A stretch of DNA of 64,000 bases. Origin: an uncultured delta proteobacterium. Its GTDB lineage: Bacteria; Desulfobacterota; Desulfobacteria; Desulfobacterales; Desulfatirhabdiaceae. Shown here piece after piece: positions 57,437 through 64,000 of the stretch (its first letter is position 1; every line of letters begins with the position of its first letter). The notes beneath the pieces were generated by a model. The model did not search any database and was not told the origin of the DNA. It was given only the letters and a program-made list of their open reading frames with translations. The position numbers and the translations under genes are program-made. The stretch spans positions 74,503 to 138,502 of the forward strand of contig CAWBKP010000004.1 of the NCBI GenBank assembly GCA_963789395.1. The letters run 5' to 3'.

Positions 57437-57873
57437 TTCATGAATTACGTGGATCACGAATTTGTATTGATACCGCGCCTTTTATCTACTTTATAGAAAA
57501 AGATCCGAAATATCAAGGCATTATAAAACCTGTCTTTGCTGAAATTGACGCTGGAAAGATTGATGCGATAACATCAACAGTAACATTGTTGGAGGTTTTG
57601 GTCTATCCATTTAGGATGAAAAATGAATCTCTCGCTGAACAATACCGTGAGATATTGCTGTACTCAGACGGTTTAACAACTTTTGAGATTTAACATGACG
57701 TTTCTGAACTGTCATCAAGACTCAGAGCAAAATATTCAATCAGAACTCCTGATGCAATTCAGATAGCAGTCGGGATAATATATGGCGCTGATATTTTTTT
57801 AACCAATGATACCAACCTTAAGAAGGTTAAAGATATCAAGATGATGGTACTTGAAGATTTTTTAGAAAAGTAA
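57427..57873 (+). pseudogene. VapC PIN toxin with in-frame TAA at 57691
   Basis: IDTAPFIY..TLLEVL; after the stop, LRAKYSIRTPDAIQ..FLTND in the same frame. Confidence 0.8.
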
Positions 57874-58127
57874 CAATATTCACTCTCCAGTGCAGTTTTG
57901 AAACAAGCCGGATTATCAAAAAATTCTAATATGATTTTGGCTTGTTACGGACTAATGTTCCCCTGGCCTTATTTTATCCCATAGCCTTTGCCTTTAGCCT
58001 GTTGTTTTTGCCCTTATCCTATATTTTTTCCTTGAGAATAGAAATTCCTGTGGATGCACTTTATGAGCTGATTGACAACCTGACGGGTGAAGAACGTAAA
58101 AAGTTGGTGGAGCTGACGGCCGCCCAG

Positions 58128-58712
58128 TTACAGCTCGTTCTGATAAACCGCCCGGACCTCTGACGGCTGGACACCGAGGTACGCCAGTGTCTGGCGCTGG
58201 GTCGCATGATTAAAAACGGTCATCAGCGTCGGCAGATCAACCTTGAACGTGGTCCGCATATGGTATCCGAATGTCTTTCGCAGTGAGTGCGACCCGTAAT
58301 TGCCCTTGAGGTTGATAGCAGCGCACCAGCCCTTGACCAGCCTATTGATCGATGGAACCGTCAGTCTGCCACCCTTCCTCGACTTGAACAACGGATCAGC
58401 GTCTTCCAGGTCGGAAGAAGTTAGGTGAATCTGGATAGCATCGATCACAGAGGCGTTCAGGGTTATGCATCTCTCTTTTCCGGTTTTCCGCTCCACCAGG
58501 ACAAGGTCGTCCCCAGTCTTAAGATTCCGGACCTGTCCGACCATAATGCCAACCAAGTCACTCGCACGGAGGTTTGTATTGATACCCATAACGAAGAGGG
58601 CATAATCCCTGGGCGAATCTTTCAGTATCTTCTTGATGGATTTGATGTCTTTCAAATTTTTGATTGGATCGACTTTGATGTGGCTGCCGGCTGCTGGATG
58701 ATTCGTATTCAT
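58128..58712 (-). CDS. Small catalytic-domain-only tyrosine recombinase (194 aa)
   Basis: LRASDL, RKTGK, HSLR, FNH and AYLG give the full R-K-H-R-H-Y set; no N-terminal core-binding domain. Confidence 0.9.
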   Translation of the reverse strand: MNTNHPAAGSHIKVDPIKNLKDIKSIKKILKDSPRDYALFVMGINTNLRASDLVGIMVGQVRNLKTGDDLVLVERKTGKERCITLNASVIDAIQIHLTSSDLEDADPLFKSRKGGRLTVPSINRLVKGWCAAINLKGNYGSHSLRKTFGYHMRTTFKVDLPTLMTVFNHATQRQTLAYLGVQPSEVRAVYQNEL

Positions 58713-58842
58713 GTGCTCCCCGATTAATACCAAAAATATATACTATAATGATTAAAACTTTGCATTAAAAAATCACGAAAGTCAACAAGGAAGTGGCAAT
58801 AATAAGTTATTAACTTGTTATTTTTAGAGATATTTGATTTTA

Positions 58843-58878
58843 ACCAATGCCAACTAAGATAACAAAGTTAACATTGGT
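58843..58878. other. Candidate recombinase site (13-bp imperfect IR with 10-bp spacer)
   Basis: ACCAATGCCAACT-AAGATAACAA-AGTTAACATTGGT; 11/13 arm match; ~130 bp upstream of the recombinase. Confidence 0.45.
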
Positions 58879-59521
58879 ATCCCTGGATTTGCCTCACTTC
58901 CAATCCATATCCATCGCCAATTATTACCCATCAACCCCTCACGCCTTTAACCCTCCCGCCCTCACGCTTTAACGTTAAAACTTTTTATTAAAGTAAATCC
59001 CCCAACAGCCGATAACATATAACAGCATATTTTTATAGAATATATGGGTACCCAAATACCCAATCGGTTTTTTTTAAAATCATCCTTCCATTTATCGTGA
59101 ATTGATGAAACAATATACATGATAAAGATATTCCGTTGATGCAGAGGGATTCCCGAAGCAATTCTCTGCAGATGCGGATTTTTTATTGGTATTTTGTAGA
59201 AAAATTTTAAAAAACGTGACGTTTTCAATTTACTCTTGACGGATAGTGCTTCCATATTATGGAAGCAGGCTTTGAAAAGGTTTTTAGGGTGAAGACGATA
59301 TCCGCCTTCAGCTGAAAAAACCTGCCTGAAACCGAATATTAGTCACAAATTCATATAGTTAATTCAATTTTGGGTGTGTAATCCAAGCGGCGGAGCTATA
59401 TCGCCCATAGCCTGTTGTTCTAATCAACCCGTTTCTGTCATTAGAATTTTGAATTTCGTTTCGAATTTCGATATTCGGATTTCGAATTTTATCTTTACGT
59501 TTCATTCCCTTCAGACAAAAC

Positions 59522-61198
59522 TTGGAACCAACTCTCAATCCCCATCGAACCCTCTCGTCTCCATCTGCCCGGCGGGTGAACGCTTTCCCCTTCCCGGCAA
59601 AGACGATGAAGCCGCGGAATTCAGCCGCCTGCAGAACTTGTTGCCGAGCAGCGCCAGATGGGCCGGGAAATCGTCGTCGTCATGGGCGTGGGGTTCGTGG
59701 GCGCGGTCATGGCCGGCGTGGTTGCCGACTCCGTGAACCGCGTTACCCAAACGCCCGGCAAATTTGTCATCGGCATGCAGCGGCCTTCTCCCCGATCCTT
59801 CTGGAAGATTCCCTACCTCAACCGGGGGCATTGCGCCGGTGCAGGCCGAAGATCCGGAAGTGGCGCCCCTGATTCGGCGCTGCGTGCTCGAAAAAAAGAC
59901 CCTGACCGCCACTTTCACCTATGAGGCCCTGACCCTGGCCGATGTGGTGGTGGTGGATGTGCAGTGCGACTATCACAAGGAGACCCTGGGCAATGTGCGG
60001 CAGGGCAGGGCCGAAATCGCGGCCCTGGAAGACAGCTTGAAGGTCATCGGCGAGAAGATTCCGCCCGGATTGCCTGGTGCTGATCGAAACCACGGTGCCG
60101 CCCGGCACCACCGAATATGTGGCCTATCCGATCATCAAAAAAGCCTTTGAGGCCGCGCGGGCTTCAGCGATGCCGAGCCGCTCCTGGCCCATTCCTTCGA
60201 GCGGGTCATGCCGGGCCGCAATTATGTGGCCTCGATCCGGGATTTCTGGCGGGTGTGCAGCGGCATCAACGCCGACGGCCCGGGAGAGGGTGCAGGCATT
60301 TCTGTCCGATGTCATCAATGTGGACCAGTATCCCCTGACGGTTCTGGACCGGCCCATCGAAAGCGAGACCTGCAAGATCGTCGAAAATTCCTACCGGGCC
60401 ACGATTCTGGCCTTTCTCCATGAATGGAGCCTTGTTTGCCGAGCGAAACGGCGTGGATCTGATCAAGGTGGTGGATGCCATCAAGATCCGGCCCACCCAT
60501 TCCAACATGATCTTTCCCGGGCCCCGGCATCGGCGGCTACTGCCTGCCCAAGGACGGCGGCCTGGGCGTCTGGGCCTATCAGACCCTGATGGGATTTGAG
60601 GACGACATTTTCAAGATCACGCCCGCTGGCCATCGACATCAACGACACCCGGGCGCTTCATGTGGCCCAACTGGTGCGGGATGCGCTGCGGAACATGGGA
60701 AAGATCGTGGCCGCCTCCCGGGTTGCCCTTCTGGGCGCATCCTACCGGGAGGATGTGGGGGATACCCGCTACAGCGGCTCGGAGCTGATCGTGCGAAAGC
60801 TGACCGAAATGGGCGGCCGAGGTGGCGGTGCATGACCCCTATGTCAAGCACTGGTGGGAGTTTGAAAAACAGGAATCCTATCCGGCCCCGGGCCATTCCT
60901 GGTCCCGGTTTTTCCGCAACCAGGACAAGCTCTCCGACCTGCGGATGACCGAAGATCTGCCCGCTGCGCTGAAGGGCGCGGATGCCGTGGTGCTGGCCGT
61001 GCGCCATGCGCCGTATCTGGCGCTGACGCCCCGGAGCAGGTTCTGGACATGACCGGCCGGCCGGTGGCCATCATCGATTGCTTCGGCATTCTGACGGATG
61101 ATCAGATCCGCAGCTATTTCGAGCAGGACTGCGAGGTCAAGGGCCTGGGCCGCGGCCATATCCAGCGGATAAAGGAAAAAGTCCGTAAAAGCAGATGA
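59522..61198 (+). CDS. Nucleotide-sugar (UDP-glucose/GDP-mannose family) dehydrogenase, many frameshifts
   Basis: VMGVGFVG, IETTVPPGTT, CKIVENSYR, GIGGYCLPKD and GASYREDVGDTRYS. Confidence 0.82.
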
Positions 61199-61621
61199 CA
61201 TCCTTTTTCCAGAGCCGATGAGCTGATATGAGCGCAACTGAAACATCCCTTGAGCTGAATTTTGAGGTCTTGAAGTTCAAGCATACGATAAAGAAAAAAA
61301 TAAGGAAAAACTCTTCCAGTTCCCGTGGCAAAAAAAGACATATCCGGTGGATTGTTCAGACTATCCAGAAAGCCCTGGATCTAACCTGCTAATTGTCACC
61401 TATAGTCCATCATAGCCTATTGCCTATGGGCCATCGCCTACCCTTTTTATGTTTTTGACCCTTTCTCTTTCAATAGAGGTAATTTCAAAAGTCATTGATC
61501 AGGCGAAATATTTTTTGACTGACTTAGCCAAAAATAGTTATTATCTTATTGATTTAATTAAGAAAGTGCTCTATTATCTTCCTAATTTATGATTTCCCCA
61601 AAACAAGAAAAGGACGAGAAT

Positions 61622-62301
61622 ATGAGCACTCTCTTTGATATTTGGAATGCCATACAAATGCAACTTTTTCCATGGTTAGAGCAAGAATTTGATCCACTTT
61701 CAGATAAGGAACGTCAATTTGTTCAGGTTATTTCCTTGCTCGATTTGCCAAGCCAGATGAAGGATTTTCAACTGGCGAGGATTCGGTCGAAAGAAAAAGA
61801 GCCGAACCAACATGGCAAAAGCCTATGTCGGAAAGTCAGTTTATAAGTTTGAACCAACTGATATTCTTATCGAATATCTAAAAAACGGCAAAAACATCAG
61901 GAGGCTATGCGGATGGGAACGACATGTGAAATACCATCCAGCGCAACATTCTCCCGGGCCTTTGCAGAATTTGCATCAAACAGTCTGCCGCAAAAAAATC
62001 ACGAAGCAATGGTTATAAAGCATTGCAGCCAAAAGCTTGCTGGCCACATAAGCAGGGACGCTACTGCCATAAAAGTGCGCGAGAAACCGGTAAAAGCGAG
62101 TAAAATCCGAAGAAGTTTCCAAGACTAAGGGTAAGCGCGGACGCCCCCGTAAAGGTCAAATTCTTCCTTCCAAACCATCCAAGCGCGTAGCACTTCAAGC
62201 TACAAGAAGCTTGGAGGAGGATTTTAAAAGACTTGCCCAGCCACTGTAGTCTCGGAACCAAAAAGAACAGCAAAGGGTACAAGGAAACCTGGATCGGCTA
62301 T
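61622..62301 (+). pseudogene. Transposase (IS5/IS1182-like) 5' part, interrupted by another IS
   Basis: QLFPWLE, IRRLCGW, PSSATFSRAF, HISRDATAI and KKNSKGYKETWIGY. Confidence 0.7.
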
Positions 62302-62303
62302 AA

Positions 62304-63998
62304 CTCGATGTTCAAGTTTTTAGATACCGGCAAAAGATAGGCGGTGGTAGCTGTGTCTGGCAATTTACTCAGGATTCCGCCTATGCAGAAACCGTCACCG
62401 TATCATTGTTCGGCCAGCTACCACCAAGACTCATTTATCCTTTTAGAAAGGCAATTTCAAGAATAATCATAACATACTGAAATATATCTAGATTTTTATC
62501 TAGATATGGTGTATGCATTTGGTTCCAAACACAACATTAACGGTTGGGAGCCATATGCTAATCGGAGAACCGCTACCTTTCATCAAAAATTATGTCGAGA
62601 AATTGGACGATGCCATCAAAGCCCATTACCCTGAAAAAGGGCTTACTCGGATTCAACGGTGTTGGCTGTCATTTTGTGTAACCGCTATCATAGTGACCAA
62701 TTCGGTTTGTTGGTCACGGTTTCAAAGTATCGGGATTGGTCAATACCGAATCGGTGGATTGTCATGGATATTCCGAAAATCGAGCATTCCGTGGCAGCTG
62801 CTGTTGCAAATGAGCGTGGCGGCAATTCTTCAGAAATATGAAATCACACAAGGCTGTATCGCAATAGATGATACTGATAAAAAACGATCCAAATCGACCC
62901 GAAAGATTTCTTATGTGCATAAAATCAAGCACAAACCCAGCAGCGGATATGTTATGGGGCAGAGTATCGTGTTTTTGGTTCTGGTCACATCAAAAATAAC
63001 GATACCCGTTGGATTTGCTTTTCATATGCCGGATCCTGGATTGAAGGCATGGCATAAAAACAACAAAAAGCTAAAGCAAAAAGGTATCCCCAAAAATGAG
63101 CGCCCGGCCAAACCCGATAGAGATAAAAACTATCCAACCATGCCGCAGATCGCAATCTCACTTCTTGAGAAATTTAAAAATGCTCATCCGCAAATTCACA
63201 TCCAGTGCGTTTTTGCTGATGCGCTATATGGTACCAGGGACTTTGTCGATCAGGCATCAACAATTTTTCCAGGGGCTCAGGTAATCAGTCAACTTCGTGA
63301 AAATCAACTCGTTCGCTTCAGAGGCAAAAACCGTAAAGTGTCAGATTATTTTGCCTCTTTTCCCGGAACAGAGCAGCGCATGCAGGTCCGGGGTGGCGAA
63401 CAGATAAAAGCAACCGTCGGCAGTGCCCGTTTACATGTCCATGCTCATGGTAAAAAACGGTTTGTGATCGCTCTCAAATATGAGGGCGAAGACCAATATC
63501 GGTATATCATCGCATCCAATTTAAGCTGGCGAACCATAGATATCATAGAAGCCTACACCTTAAGATGGTTGGTGGAGGTTTTCTTTCAGGACTGGAAGGC
63601 CAATGAAGGATGGAGCAAACTGACCAAACAGCCTGGCGAAGAAGGATCAAGCCGAAGCCTGATCCTGAGCCTGCTGGTAGATCACAGTCTCTTCTTTCAT
63701 CCCGACCAAACAGCCCGGTTGGAAAACAAACTTCCCGCATATACTGTGGGCAGCCTAACAGCAAAGATTAAGGTGGAATCCATAATGAGTCTGTTTGAGC
63801 AAATCATTTTGTCCGATGCTCCGGTTGAACGGTTCAAGCAGTTCGCTCAGGCGGTAGAACATAACGCTGTAAAATTGTCCCCATCAACGAAACACATGAT
63901 AAACCGTGACTATGGAAAGTTTAATGCAGTAGCATCGTTGAAATACCGGTGCCAAGCATGATCTGGTTCCATTGTCGCAAAAAAACTTGAACATCGAG
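62304..63998 (+). mobile_element. IS701/IS4-like DDE insertion sequence, transposase 62513..63961
   Basis: Terminal IR CTCGATGTTCAAGTTTTT / AAAAACTTGAACATCGAG; IAIDDT, FADALYG and YTLRWLVEVFFQDWK. Confidence 0.85.
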
Positions 63999-64000
63999 TT

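Noticed and set aside
57691..57693. Selenocysteine or pyrrolysine readthrough in VapC
   Set aside because: The stop is TAA, not TGA or TAG.
27880..58880. Classical integron or superintegron
   Set aside because: The recombinase is too short and lacks IntI features; no recurring RYYYAAC..GTTRRRY attC hairpins were seen; modules face both directions. Not confirmed computationally.
32171..58972. CRISPR array
   Set aside because: The repeats are degenerate 7-8-nt tandem units without regular unique spacers, and there are no cas genes.
59372..59400. ops/JUMPstart element before the sugar dehydrogenase
   Set aside because: GGCGGAGC is only a partial match to GGCGGTAG; too weak to call.

Overview
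Bacterial chromosome window. Gene content and style suggest a Desulfobacterota/deltaproteobacterial host (inference). 1-20.3 kb is GC-richer housekeeping DNA: EndoQ-like nuclease, lytic transglycosylase, glgB, YchF-like ATPase, acetoacetyl-CoA synthetase, hybrid kinase, rpmF-ACAD-fabG-acpP-fabF, gltX, class III aminotransferase and tRNA-Gln(CTG). Several conserved genes, including gltX, are frameshifted, which points to assembly indel errors. An AT-richer phage-satellite-like replication module follows the tRNA; its primase-helicase gene contains a helically phased iteron array. The main signal is a ~30 kb region (about 27.9-58.9 kb) made mostly of type II/VII toxin-antitoxin modules: roughly 20 pair-type modules from about ten toxin families, plus many duplicated and fused fragments. 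Modules are mostly separated by strand-biased, C-rich 7-nt and 8-nt degenerate tandem repeats, and many carry their own promoter. The array is bracketed by an intact catalytic-domain-only tyrosine recombinase (with a lox-like inverted repeat upstream) and a fragment of a homolog. I found no IntI or attC sites, so this may be a non-integron, repeat-delimited TA cassette array (hypothesis). The window ends with a frameshifted nucleotide-sugar dehydrogenase and nested IS elements. All family calls come from motif recognition, not from database searches.
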